Positions 49,248 to 57,783 of a DNA stretch of 64,000 nt are shown in pieces. Where the stretch lies: the NCBI GenBank assembly GCA_963719225.1, contig CAVRAY010000001.1, positions 960,001 to 1,024,000 of the forward strand, read 5' to 3'. The notes beneath the pieces were generated by a model. That model had not been told where the DNA came from. It made no database searches and saw only the letters and a program-made list of their open reading frames with translations. Source of the DNA: Thermoanaerobaculia bacterium. Its GTDB lineage: Bacteria > Acidobacteriota > Thermoanaerobaculia > UBA5066. How positions within the stretch are numbered: position 1 is the stretch's first letter; each line of letters starts with the position of its first letter. The position numbers and the translations under genes were made by a program.

Positions 49248-50624
49248 ATGCCGCGAACGATCGCGATCCACAAGTTCGGGGGGACGTCGCTGGGCGACGC
49301 CTCCCGCATCCGCAATGCCGCCCGGCTCCTCGCCGCGGCGCGCAGGCGGCGTCCCGTCGTGGCGGTCGCGTCCGCGATGGGAGGGGTGACCGACGTCCTC
49401 CTCCAGGCGGCGCGCGACGCCGAGGGCGGCCGTATCGGTCTCGCCCGCAAGGCCGTCGAGGCGCTCCACGCCCGTCACGCCGCCGCCGCCAAGGAGCTCG
49501 GCGTCCGCTTCGAGGCGGCGCCGCTCCGCGAGCTCTCGGCCGCGCTTGAAGGCGTGTCGCTTTTGCGCGAACGCACGGCCCGCGTCACCGACCTCGTCTC
49601 CTCGTTCGGCGAGCGCCTGTCCGCGCCCCTCCTCGCGGCCGCCCTGACGAAGGCCGGCGTCCCGGCGCGCGCTGTCGACGCCCGCGAGCTGCTCGTCACC
49701 GACGACCGACACGGCGCCGCCACGTGCGACCGCAAGCGGAGCGACCCGCGCGTGAGGCGCAAGCTCAGGCCGATTCTCGCGGCCGGCGTCCTGCCCGTCG
49801 TGACCGGGTTCATCGCGCGGAGCGCGAAGGGCGAGACGACCACGCTTGGCCGTTCGGGCTCGGACACGACGGCCGCGCTCCTCGGGGCGGCTCTCCTGGC
49901 GCGGGAGGTCGTCATCTGGACGGATGTCGACGGCGTCCTTTCGGCGGATCCGCGCCTCGTCAGGGGAGCGCGCCTCCTCCCGCGCCTGTCGTACCGCGAG
50001 GCGGCGGAGATGACGTTTTTCGGCGCCAAGGTGCTGCACTTCCCGGCCGTCCTGCCCGCCATCGCCGAGGAGATTCCGCTCGTCATCCGGAACTCCTTCC
50101 GGCCGCAGATCCGCGGCACCACGATTGCGAAGAAGGGCGACGGGAAATCCGGAATCCGCGCCGTGACCGCAGTGCCGGGGATGTGCCTGCTCTCTCTGGA
50201 CGGGCGCGGGATGACGGGCATTCCGGGTATCGCGGCGCGCGTGTTCTCGGCGACGGCCCGGCTCGGCGTCTCGGTCGTCATGTTCTCCCAGGCGTCCTCG
50301 GAGCAGAACATCGCGCTCGTGATTCCGGAGGGAGATCGCGCGCGCACCGTCGCCGCGCTCGAGCAGGAGTTCCGCTGGGAACGCCTCACGGGCGCGATCG
50401 ATTCCGTGAACGCGCGCGCCCCGATCGCCGTCATCGCGGCGGTCGGCGAGGGAATGCGCGGCACGCCCGGGATCGCCGCGAAGGTCTTCGCGGCCGTCGC
50501 GCGCGCGAAGGTGAACGTGGAGTCCATCGCTCAGGGCTCGTCGGAGTGCAACATCAGCTTCGCGGTAGCCGGGAAGGATCGTGACAAGGCCGTGAGGGCT
50601 TTGCATCGGGTCGTTGCTTCTTGA
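49248..50624 (+). CDS. lysC: Aspartate kinase (monofunctional, two ACT domains)
   Basis: KFGGTS, SAMGGVTD, GERLSA, TTLGRSGSD, WTDVDG, GAKVLH, QASSE and QGSSE. Confidence 0.93.
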   Translation: MPRTIAIHKFGGTSLGDASRIRNAARLLAAARRRRPVVAVASAMGGVTDVLLQAARDAEGGRIGLARKAVEALHARHAAAAKELGVRFEAAPLRELSAALEGVSLLRERTARVTDLVSSFGERLSAPLLAAALTKAGVPARAVDARELLVTDDRHGAATCDRKRSDPRVRRKLRPILAAGVLPVVTGFIARSAKGETTTLGRSGSDTTAALLGAALLAREVVIWTDVDGVLSADPRLVRGARLLPRLSYREAAEMTFFGAKVLHFPAVLPAIAEEIPLVIRNSFRPQIRGTTIAKKGDGKSGIRAVTAVPGMCLLSLDGRGMTGIPGIAARVFSATARLGVSVVMFSQASSEQNIALVIPEGDRARTVAALEQEFRWERLTGAIDSVNARAPIAVIAAVGEGMRGTPGIAAKVFAAVARAKVNVESIAQGSSECNISFAVAGKDRDKAVRALHRVVAS

Positions 50625-51592
50625 AATTCTCTTCCTCTTCAGTTTCCGTCTTTGCTCCCGCTTCCGTCGCGAACTTCGGGGTCGGTTTCGACCTGCTCGG
50701 CGCCGCGCTGGACGGCCCGGGAGACACGCTCACGGCCCGGCTTTCGTCCGCGCCCGGCGTGAGGGTCGTCTCGATCTCGGGCGACGGCGGGCGGCTGCCG
50801 CTCGATCCACGCCTCAACACGGCCGCGGTCTCGGCGGCCGCCGTCCTCGCCGCGCTGGGCGGCAAGGGGAAGCGCCGCGGCGGCATCGAGCTGACGCTCG
50901 AGAAGGGTCTTCCGCTCTCGAGCGGGCTCGGCTCCTCGGCGGCTTCCGCCGCCGCCGGGGCTTATGCCGCCGGCCTCCTTCTCGGCGAGCGCGACCGGCT
51001 CAAGCTGCTTCGCGCGGCGCTCGAGGGCGAGCACGCCGCCGACGGGTCGTGGCACGCGGACAACGTGTCCGCCTCGCTGCTCGGTGGATTCGTCCTCGTG
51101 CCCTCGTCCGAACCCAACGGCCACCTCGCTCCGATTCCGCTTCGCATTCCCCCGCGCGCCCGCTTCGTCGTCGTCGTTCCCGACCTCGAGCTGGCCACGC
51201 GGCGCTCGCGCGGCGTCCTGCCGCGGACGATCCGGATGGGCGCCCACACGGCGCACGCCGGCGCCCTCGCGCGCCTCGTCCTCGCGCTCTCCTCCGGGAA
51301 TCTCGCCGAGGCGGGAGAATGCCTCGTCCAGGACCGTCTCGTGGATCCGAAGCGCCTCCCGCTCGTGCGCGGAGGCCGCGCCGCGCTCGACGCTCTCCTT
51401 TACGCGGGCGCGTACGGCGCCTGCCTCGCGGGGGCCGGGCCGGCCCTCGTCGCCTTGACCGAGGAATCGCGCGATGCGGAAGGGATCGGCCGCGCCGCGG
51501 TGTCCGCGTGGAAGCGCGCGGGGATCGCAGCGCGCGCAAGCGTGCATCGCATCGACCGGCGCGGGACGCGGCTCGCCGGGACGCGCGCGTGA
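50621..51592 (+). CDS. thrB: Homoserine kinase
   Basis: APASVANFGVGFDLLG, PLSSGLGSSAAS, HADNV, GAGP. Confidence 0.92.
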   Translation: MKFSSSSVSVFAPASVANFGVGFDLLGAALDGPGDTLTARLSSAPGVRVVSISGDGGRLPLDPRLNTAAVSAAAVLAALGGKGKRRGGIELTLEKGLPLSSGLGSSAASAAAGAYAAGLLLGERDRLKLLRAALEGEHAADGSWHADNVSASLLGGFVLVPSSEPNGHLAPIPLRIPPRARFVVVVPDLELATRRSRGVLPRTIRMGAHTAHAGALARLVLALSSGNLAEAGECLVQDRLVDPKRLPLVRGGRAALDALLYAGAYGACLAGAGPALVALTEESRDAEGIGRAAVSAWKRAGIAARASVHRIDRRGTRLAGTRA

Positions 51593-52890
51593 GCGGGCTC
51601 TCGACGTTCCGCTGCCTGGCCTGCGGCGCGAGCTCTCCTCTCTCGGGAGCGCGCACGTCCTGCGCTTCCTGCGGCGGCCTCCTCGACGTCGTGTCCGACC
51701 TCCGCGCGTTCGGGCGGACCGGCGATTCCTGGCGCGACCTTTTCGACCGGCGGAGGGCTGCCGCGCCGTCGGAAGCGACGCGGCCTCGCGAGGTGAGCGG
51801 GGTCTGGCGCTTCCGCGAGCACGTTCTTCCGGACCTTCCGGAGAGCGGCATCGTGAGCAAGCCCGAGGGCGCGACACGGCTCTACGCGGCCGGCGCGCTC
51901 GGCGAGGAGCTTTCCTTCTCGCGCCTCTTCGTCAAGCACGAAGGCGAGAACCCGACGCTCTCGTTCAAGGACCGCGGCATGACCGCGGGCGTCTCTTGGG
52001 CGCGGGTTTCGGGTTTTTCGACCGTCGCGTGCGCTTCGACCGGCGACACGTCGGCGGCGCTCGCGGCCTACGCCGCCGAGGTGCCCGGCATGCGCGCCGT
52101 CGTCCTCGTGCCGGACGCGAAGATCACGGAAGAGCAGCTCAGCCAGGCGCTCGCGTACGGGGCGACGACGCTCGGCCTCGACACGGACTTCGACGGCTGC
52201 ATGCGTCTCGTCGGCGAGCTGACCGCCGCCCGTCCCGTCTTTCTCCTGAACTCGAAGAATCCCGTGCGTATCGAGGGGCAGAAGACCATCGGATGGGAGA
52301 TCGTGCAGGATCTCGGCTGGCGCGTGCCGGACTGGATCGTCCTGCCGGTCGGGAACGCGGGCAACATCTCGGCGATCGGCAAGGGCCTGCGGGAGTGGCT
52401 CCACCTCGGCATCATCGCGAAGAAGCCACGCCTCGCGGGAATCCAGGCCGCGGCCGCGGATCCTTTCTACCAGTCGTACCGGAAGGACTTCAAAGAGCGC
52501 GTCACCCGCGTCGCCGGCGAGACGGCGGCCTCGGCGATCCGCATCGGAGCTCCGGTGTCACACCCGCGCGCCGAGCGCGAGATCCGCTTCTTCGACGGCG
52601 TGGTGGAGAGCGTGACGGAAACCGAGCTCCTCGACGCCTTCGCGCTCGCGAACCGGCGCGGTCTCGCAATCTGCCCGAACTCGGCCGTCGCCCTCGCGGG
52701 CGCGGCGAAGCTGCGCCGGGCGGGCGTGATCCAGAAGGACGACCTCGTCGTCGTCGTCGCGACCGCCCACGCGCTCAAGTTCTCGGGAACGATGTCCGCG
52801 TACCACAAGGGTGGCGGCCGCCTCGCGAACCCGCCGCGCCGCCTCCCGGCGACGCTCGACGCGATTCTCGAGGCGCTGAGGGAGACCTAG
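51589..52890 (+). CDS. thrC: Threonine synthase
   Basis: N-terminal CxxC..CxxC, NPTLSFKDRG, ASTGDTSA, EGQKT, PVGNAGN, TAH.LKF. Confidence 0.93.
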   Translation: MSGLSTFRCLACGASSPLSGARTSCASCGGLLDVVSDLRAFGRTGDSWRDLFDRRRAAAPSEATRPREVSGVWRFREHVLPDLPESGIVSKPEGATRLYAAGALGEELSFSRLFVKHEGENPTLSFKDRGMTAGVSWARVSGFSTVACASTGDTSAALAAYAAEVPGMRAVVLVPDAKITEEQLSQALAYGATTLGLDTDFDGCMRLVGELTAARPVFLLNSKNPVRIEGQKTIGWEIVQDLGWRVPDWIVLPVGNAGNISAIGKGLREWLHLGIIAKKPRLAGIQAAAADPFYQSYRKDFKERVTRVAGETAASAIRIGAPVSHPRAEREIRFFDGVVESVTETELLDAFALANRRGLAICPNSAVALAGAAKLRRAGVIQKDDLVVVVATAHALKFSGTMSAYHKGGGRLANPPRRLPATLDAILEALRET

Positions 52891-53282
52891 CGGCGAGCGA
52901 GATAGTCGCGCGGCCGAAGGACCAGGACGCCGTCGATTCTCTTTCCGAAGAGTTGCTTGAAGTCCCGGAGATCGCCGGTGATCAGGTGGGTCGCTCCCGA
53001 GGCGATGGCGGCCTGGAGGATCGGCATGTCCTTTGCCCGAAGAAAAACCCCATCCGGCAAAGCCTGCCCCGGCCGCGCACCAGGGACCACATCGACGCGT
53101 TGCATGAGCTTTTCCAGGCGGGCGCGTTGCGCCCGGTCTTCGATGTTGCGAATCGTTTCCGCGAGTGCGTACGCCGAGGTCACGAGAGTCGCTCCATCGA
53201 CCTTCCAGAGTTCGGCGACGCCCGCTTTCTCCTTCCAGGACGCCGAGAACAGCACGTTCGCGTCGAGGAAAATACGATCCAC
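52887..53282 (-). CDS. PIN-domain protein (toxin)
   Basis: IFLDANVLFSA, E..RN, KD.PIL, LITGD..DF. Confidence 0.85.
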   Translation of the reverse strand: MDRIFLDANVLFSASWKEKAGVAELWKVDGATLVTSAYALAETIRNIEDRAQRARLEKLMQRVDVVPGARPGQALPDGVFLRAKDMPILQAAIASGATHLITGDLRDFKQLFGKRIDGVLVLRPRDYLARR

Positions 53283-53285
53283 GGG

Positions 53286-53576
53286 TCAGCGCGACGGAGG
53301 CGTGTGGGGAATCTCGTCGGGGTCGAGACCCATCTTCTTGACTTCCCGCCGTGCGCGCGCGTAGTCGGCGGGTCCGACGGAATTCTCGAGAAGGAACCCG
53401 GCCTTGCGTTCTTTCGTGTAGATCTCGACCGGGATCGCCTCGGCGGGCCGGATCACGACACCATCCCGCCCCTCGTCGAAAAGGACGAGCGAGCCCTCTT
53501 CCATGTGGAAACGCTTGCGCAGCTTCGCGGGGATGACGATGGTTCCGCGCTTCCCGACCCGTGCCGGCTCTCCCAT
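53286..53576 (-). CDS. AbrB/MazE/SpoVT family antitoxin
   Basis: VGKRGTIVIPAKLRKRF; directly upstream of the PIN gene. Confidence 0.85.
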   Translation of the reverse strand: MGEPARVGKRGTIVIPAKLRKRFHMEEGSLVLFDEGRDGVVIRPAEAIPVEIYTKERKAGFLLENSVGPADYARARREVKKMGLDPDEIPHTPPSR

Positions 53577-53579
53577 AGT

Positions 53580-53611
53580 CTGATTATCAGATATTCGGGC
53601 GCCTCGTTCAA
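53580..53611 (-). promoter_or_regulatory. Sigma70 promoter TTGAAC-N17-GATAAT with overlapping palindrome CTGATtATCAG (leaderless TA transcript)
   Basis: -35 at 53606-53611, -10 at 53583-53588, 6 nt before ATG 53576. Confidence 0.65.
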
Positions 53612-53655
53612 GATCGACGCTGGGGCGAAAAAGCGGGCTGTGCTAGCGTCGCCGC

Positions 53656-55611
53656 GTGGCCGGGGACGAAGCGTCGGCGGAAGGCTCGCCGCCCCACGCG
53701 ACCCGGCGTGGCGCGCGATTCCGCCGCGCCTCTGACGTCCTCACCGGTCAGCTTCGCGTCCACGATCCCTTCGAGCTGATCCGATGGCTGGCGCTCAGCC
53801 AACCCGATCCCCGCAAGGCGGTGGCCGAGCTCGTCCAGAACAGCCTCGACGCAGGCGCGCATTCGATCCGGCTGACCCGCGTTCGCGAGCGAGGCGTGCC
53901 GATGATGAAGATCGTCGACGACGGCGAAGGGGTCATCCCCGAGCTCGACCGGGCGGAAGCGCTCCGCTACATCGCAACTCACGTCGGGCACAGCCGCAAG
54001 CGCTCGCTGTCTCCGGCGCAGCGCCTGCAGCTCATGACGCAGGGGCAGTATGGCATCGGTCTTCTCGGATTCTGGAGCCTCGGGGAGATGCTCGAGATCC
54101 GGACGTCTCTCCTCGGCCAGCGCGCTCACCGCCTCGTCCTCTACCGCGACCGGCCCGACTTCCTGATCGAGCCGCTGCGCGGGCGTCTCCCCTTCGACGA
54201 GCGCTATACGGAGGTCGTCGTCGCAGGGCTGCACCGCGAGGCGATGAGCGCGCTGGCCGGCCGGCGCATCGCAGACTACCTCGGCGCCGAGCTGCGCGGC
54301 CAGATCCTGGCGCGGAAAGCGCGGATGGTGGTCGAGGACCGGATGTCGCGCGGTTTGGCCCAGAAAGTCATCGCCGTCGACCCGCCCCGCTTCCTCGGCG
54401 AGCGTCTCGAAGGCCTGGGCCCGCTCGAAGTGACGGGACATCCGCCCATCAGGCTGGAGATCTACGCCGCAGGCGAGACCGAGAGGAACGGCGAATCCGC
54501 TCACGGCCTCGCCGTTTACGCCGCGGGGACGCTGGTCGCCGAGAGCTTCCAGGAGCTGGCCTCGATCGGTCTCGACCATCTCCCCTGGACCGACCCGCGC
54601 CTGGCCGGGCTCGTCGACTTCCCGTCGCTTCGTGTGGCTCCCGGGAGCCGGCGCGGAGTCGTGCCCGACGAGGCGGCCGGCGTGCTGGCCGAGGCACTCG
54701 CACGTGTCGCCCCCGCTGTCGAGAGCCTGCTGGAAGGGCTCGAGCGCCGCCGCGAGGAGGAGCTGGACCGGACCCTCGTCCGCGACCTCCAGCGTGCCTT
54801 CCGCGATTTCTACAGGCAGCGCCCGCGCTACTCGATGCTTCCGGTGGACCGCGCGCGCGAGAGTGCCGGCAGCGAACCGTCGGCCGGCGCGAGCGGAGCG
54901 GTCGCTCGGGCGCAGGAGCCCGAGGAGCCGCTCGGCGGGGCGGACGACGACGTTTCGACCTTTCTCTTCGAGCCCGGGCCGCTCCACTCCGTCCGCCTCA
55001 CTCCGTCGCCCCTCCGCGTCGAGTGCGGCGGCCGGCGGCAGGCCACGGCTCTTGCCGAGGACGAGGAGAGACGGCCGGTCGCGCGCGGCGTCACGTTCTC
55101 GTGGTCGCTCGAGGGGAATGTCGGTGCGCTCGCCGAGGCCTCCGGCGGTTCGGGGGCGCGGTCGCGGGTGCTGTTCATCGGTGGCGAAAAACCGGGCGGG
55201 GGGATCCTCCGGGTCGTGGCTCGGGCTCCGGGAAAAGCCGCCTTCGCGGAGAGCGCGATCGAGGTCGTCGAAGAGCTCAAGCCAGGGCGCGCCGAGGGGA
55301 TTCCCGAGCCGGAGCTCGTCGACCAGCCCGGGATGCTGTGGCGCTCGCGCCTCGTGGACGGAAGGTGGCAGGTCAACAGTGGCCACCGCGAGTACCGCGC
55401 CATCGCTGACCGACCGACCCTCAAGCTCCGCTATCTGGCCCTCCTCTTCGCCAAGGAGGTCGTCCTCAGGAGCAGCGGCGACGTCCGGCTCTCCGAGCCG
55501 CTCGAGCAGCTCGTCGAGGTCGCTGCCTATGCGGACCGTAACCTCGTCGGCCGCCCGGGGAGGCGCGGACGTCAGCCGAAGCCACGCCCGGCAGAGGGCG
55601 AGGAGCGTTGA
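53656..55611 (+). CDS. GHKL (HATPase_c; MORC/MutL/Hsp90-like) ATPase of unknown function
   Basis: ELVQNSLDA (N box), DDGEG (G1), GQYGIG (G2); C-terminal beta-rich and helical regions. Confidence 0.8.
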   Translation: MAGDEASAEGSPPHATRRGARFRRASDVLTGQLRVHDPFELIRWLALSQPDPRKAVAELVQNSLDAGAHSIRLTRVRERGVPMMKIVDDGEGVIPELDRAEALRYIATHVGHSRKRSLSPAQRLQLMTQGQYGIGLLGFWSLGEMLEIRTSLLGQRAHRLVLYRDRPDFLIEPLRGRLPFDERYTEVVVAGLHREAMSALAGRRIADYLGAELRGQILARKARMVVEDRMSRGLAQKVIAVDPPRFLGERLEGLGPLEVTGHPPIRLEIYAAGETERNGESAHGLAVYAAGTLVAESFQELASIGLDHLPWTDPRLAGLVDFPSLRVAPGSRRGVVPDEAAGVLAEALARVAPAVESLLEGLERRREEELDRTLVRDLQRAFRDFYRQRPRYSMLPVDRARESAGSEPSAGASGAVARAQEPEEPLGGADDDVSTFLFEPGPLHSVRLTPSPLRVECGGRRQATALAEDEERRPVARGVTFSWSLEGNVGALAEASGGSGARSRVLFIGGEKPGGGILRVVARAPGKAAFAESAIEVVEELKPGRAEGIPEPELVDQPGMLWRSRLVDGRWQVNSGHREYRAIADRPTLKLRYLALLFAKEVVLRSSGDVRLSEPLEQLVEVAAYADRNLVGRPGRRGRQPKPRPAEGEER

Positions 55612-55629
55612 ATGCGCAGCGGCGCCTCT

Positions 55630-56379
55630 CTAGCCGGCCGACGGGCTCTCGCCGGAGTAACTGCGGATGAGCATGAGCGTCGTCATGCCGATCTCGAATT
55701 CCGACCGGTTGTCGAGCTCGGAGCGCGTCACGCGCTGGTCGTTCACGTAGGTGCCGTTCGTGGAGTTGAGATCCACGACGAAGACGTGCTCGTCCATCAC
55801 TTCGATGGCCGCGTGCTGGCGCGAGCACTGGATGTCGGCGACGACGATGTCCGCATTCGCGCGCCCGATGACGACGCGCGCCTTCTCGATCTCGAAGATG
55901 CGGCCCGAGTCCGGCCCCGAGATGCACGCGAGGGAAAGCCGCTGGTCGGCCGGAAGGCGCAACGGGCGCGTCGCGTGCCGGTTCGCGCCCGGCACCGGGA
56001 AGCGATCCGTCGTGGTGGCCGCGTCGGGCCCTCCGATCGGTCCCGTGCTTTCGGCCGCAGAGGGCATGACGCTGTCCGCTCCCGGCCCGGCGGAGGGCAC
56101 CACGCGCGCCGGCGCTCCCGGCATTCCGGCGGGAGGCTTGCGCTTCTTCGCCTCGGTCAGCGCGGTCTCGTCGAGAGCGAATTCGTCGCGGGACGGGCCG
56201 GCCGCGGAACGGCCCGCGGGGGCCGGGGCGGGGGCGGGGACGGACACCGGGAGCGCCGGGTTCCGGATTTCGAACACGGACGTGCACTTCGTGCACTTGA
56301 TCTTCTTCACAGCCGCGCCGCCGAAGCGCGATTCGTCGTAATGGTAACGAGCCTGGCACGACGTGCATTGAATGATCAC
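55630..56379 (-). CDS. Zinc-ribbon (MJ0042-like) plus FHA domain protein
   Basis: MIIQCTSCQARY...KCTKC; Pro/Ala linker; IGR, SRQHA, DLNSTNGT FHA motifs. Confidence 0.88.
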   Translation of the reverse strand: MIIQCTSCQARYHYDESRFGGAAVKKIKCTKCTSVFEIRNPALPVSVPAPAPAPAGRSAAGPSRDEFALDETALTEAKKRKPPAGMPGAPARVVPSAGPGADSVMPSAAESTGPIGGPDAATTTDRFPVPGANRHATRPLRLPADQRLSLACISGPDSGRIFEIEKARVVIGRANADIVVADIQCSRQHAAIEVMDEHVFVVDLNSTNGTYVNDQRVTRSELDNRSEFEIGMTTLMLIRSYSGESPSAG

Positions 56380-56440
56380 GTGACGAGACTCCCGCCCGAT
56401 CGGACGTTTCGCGGCATTAGAGCCTGTCCCGCTTCATCGA

Positions 56441-57613
56441 TCAAGCCCGTACGGCCTCCCGGACGCGTTCCACCGCGCGCGGGACCGCCTCGAGAAGCCG
56501 GTCCACGTCCTCTTCGCAGGAGGTCCTTCCGAAGGAGAAGCGAACCGTCGCGCGTGCTTCGGCGGGCGAAAGCCCGAGGGCGAGCAGGACGGCGCTCGGC
56601 GACGTCGTGCCCGCGTGGCAGGCAGAGCCCGCCGAGACCGCGATCCCGTCGAGATCCAGGGCCGCGACGAGCGTCTCCGCCTCCGCGCCGGGAAACAGCG
56701 CCGACGTGGCGGTCGCGAGGCGGGCCCCAGCGGCGGCGTTGATCCTCGCGTCCGGGACGCGGGCGAGAAGGCCGGCCTCGAATCGGTCGCGCAGGCGTGT
56801 GAGGCGCTCCGCCTCGAAAGAGAGATGGGCCGACGCGAGGCGGATGGCCGCGCCGAGGCCGACGACCGCCGCCACATTCTCGGTCCCGCCCCGCCGCCCC
56901 CGCTCCTGCCCGCCGCCGGCCGCGAGCGGCTGCACGCGGACGCCCGTGCGCACGTAAAGAGCGCCGGCGCCGAGAGGACCGCCGAACTTGTGCGCGGTGA
57001 GCGCGAGGAGGTCGACGCCGAGCCGGCGCACGTCGACCGCGATCTTTCCGACCGCCTGAACGGCGTCCGTATGGACGACGGCGCCCGCCTCCCTCGCCCG
57101 CGCGGCGAATGCGGCGAGGGAGTCGAAGATCGCCCCCGTCTCGTTGTTCGCGAGAAGGGCGGTCACGAGCGCCGTCCGTTCGTCGAACGAAGCCGGACCG
57201 CCGGCCTCCGGCACCCCTTGCGCGTTCACCGGAAGCTCGGCGGGCTCGAAACCGTCCTTTCGGAGGGAAAGCGCCGCTTCCCGAACGGCCGGGTGCTCGG
57301 CCGCGGTGAAGGCCACGCGGGTGCGCCTGGGATCGGTCTCCCGCGCCGCGTGCGCGGCTCCGCGCACCGCGAGGTTGTCGGCCTCGGTGCCTCCCGACGT
57401 GAAGACGATCTCCGGAGGCTCCGCGCCGAGGGCTCGCGCGACTTCGACCCTTGCCGCCTCCACTGCTTGCCGCGCCGCGCGGCCGGGACCGTGCGCGGAG
57501 GAGGGATTCGCGGTCCTCCCCTCGAGCCAGGGCCTCATGGCTTCGAAAACCTGCGGGTCGAGAGGCGTCGTGGCGTGGTGGTCCGCGTAGACGCTGCGGG
57601 CGGCGACGTTCAA
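56441..57613 (-). CDS. Cysteine desulfurase (IscS/NifS group I)
   Basis: YADHHATTP, NPSS.H, FTSGGTE, NNETG, HTDAVQ, TAHKFGGP, GSAC; TTG start with GGAGG RBS. Confidence 0.9.
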   Translation of the reverse strand: MNVAARSVYADHHATTPLDPQVFEAMRPWLEGRTANPSSAHGPGRAARQAVEAARVEVARALGAEPPEIVFTSGGTEADNLAVRGAAHAARETDPRRTRVAFTAAEHPAVREAALSLRKDGFEPAELPVNAQGVPEAGGPASFDERTALVTALLANNETGAIFDSLAAFAARAREAGAVVHTDAVQAVGKIAVDVRRLGVDLLALTAHKFGGPLGAGALYVRTGVRVQPLAAGGGQERGRRGGTENVAAVVGLGAAIRLASAHLSFEAERLTRLRDRFEAGLLARVPDARINAAAGARLATATSALFPGAEAETLVAALDLDGIAVSAGSACHAGTTSPSAVLLALGLSPAEARATVRFSFGRTSCEEDVDRLLEAVPRAVERVREAVRA

Positions 57614-57783
57614 GAAAAGGGACCTCCGGACGGTCGATTGTATGGTCGTAGGGCCTTCGCGCGCCGAAAGGTCCGGTTTCGTGCCCCCTGGAGGACGTTG
57701 AGACCTGGAATCTGTCTTGCCTGCAGATTGCCAGGGAGAGGTCCGCCGGCACAGAATCGGCGCCTCGGCGGGAGGTCGGGACA

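Noticed and set aside
57704-57735. Imperfect hairpin CCTGG-AATCTG...CAGATT-G-CCAGG between the desulfurase and VWA genes as an ncRNA or riboswitch
   Set aside because: No recognisable family motif; a single hairpin in GC-rich DNA is not enough.
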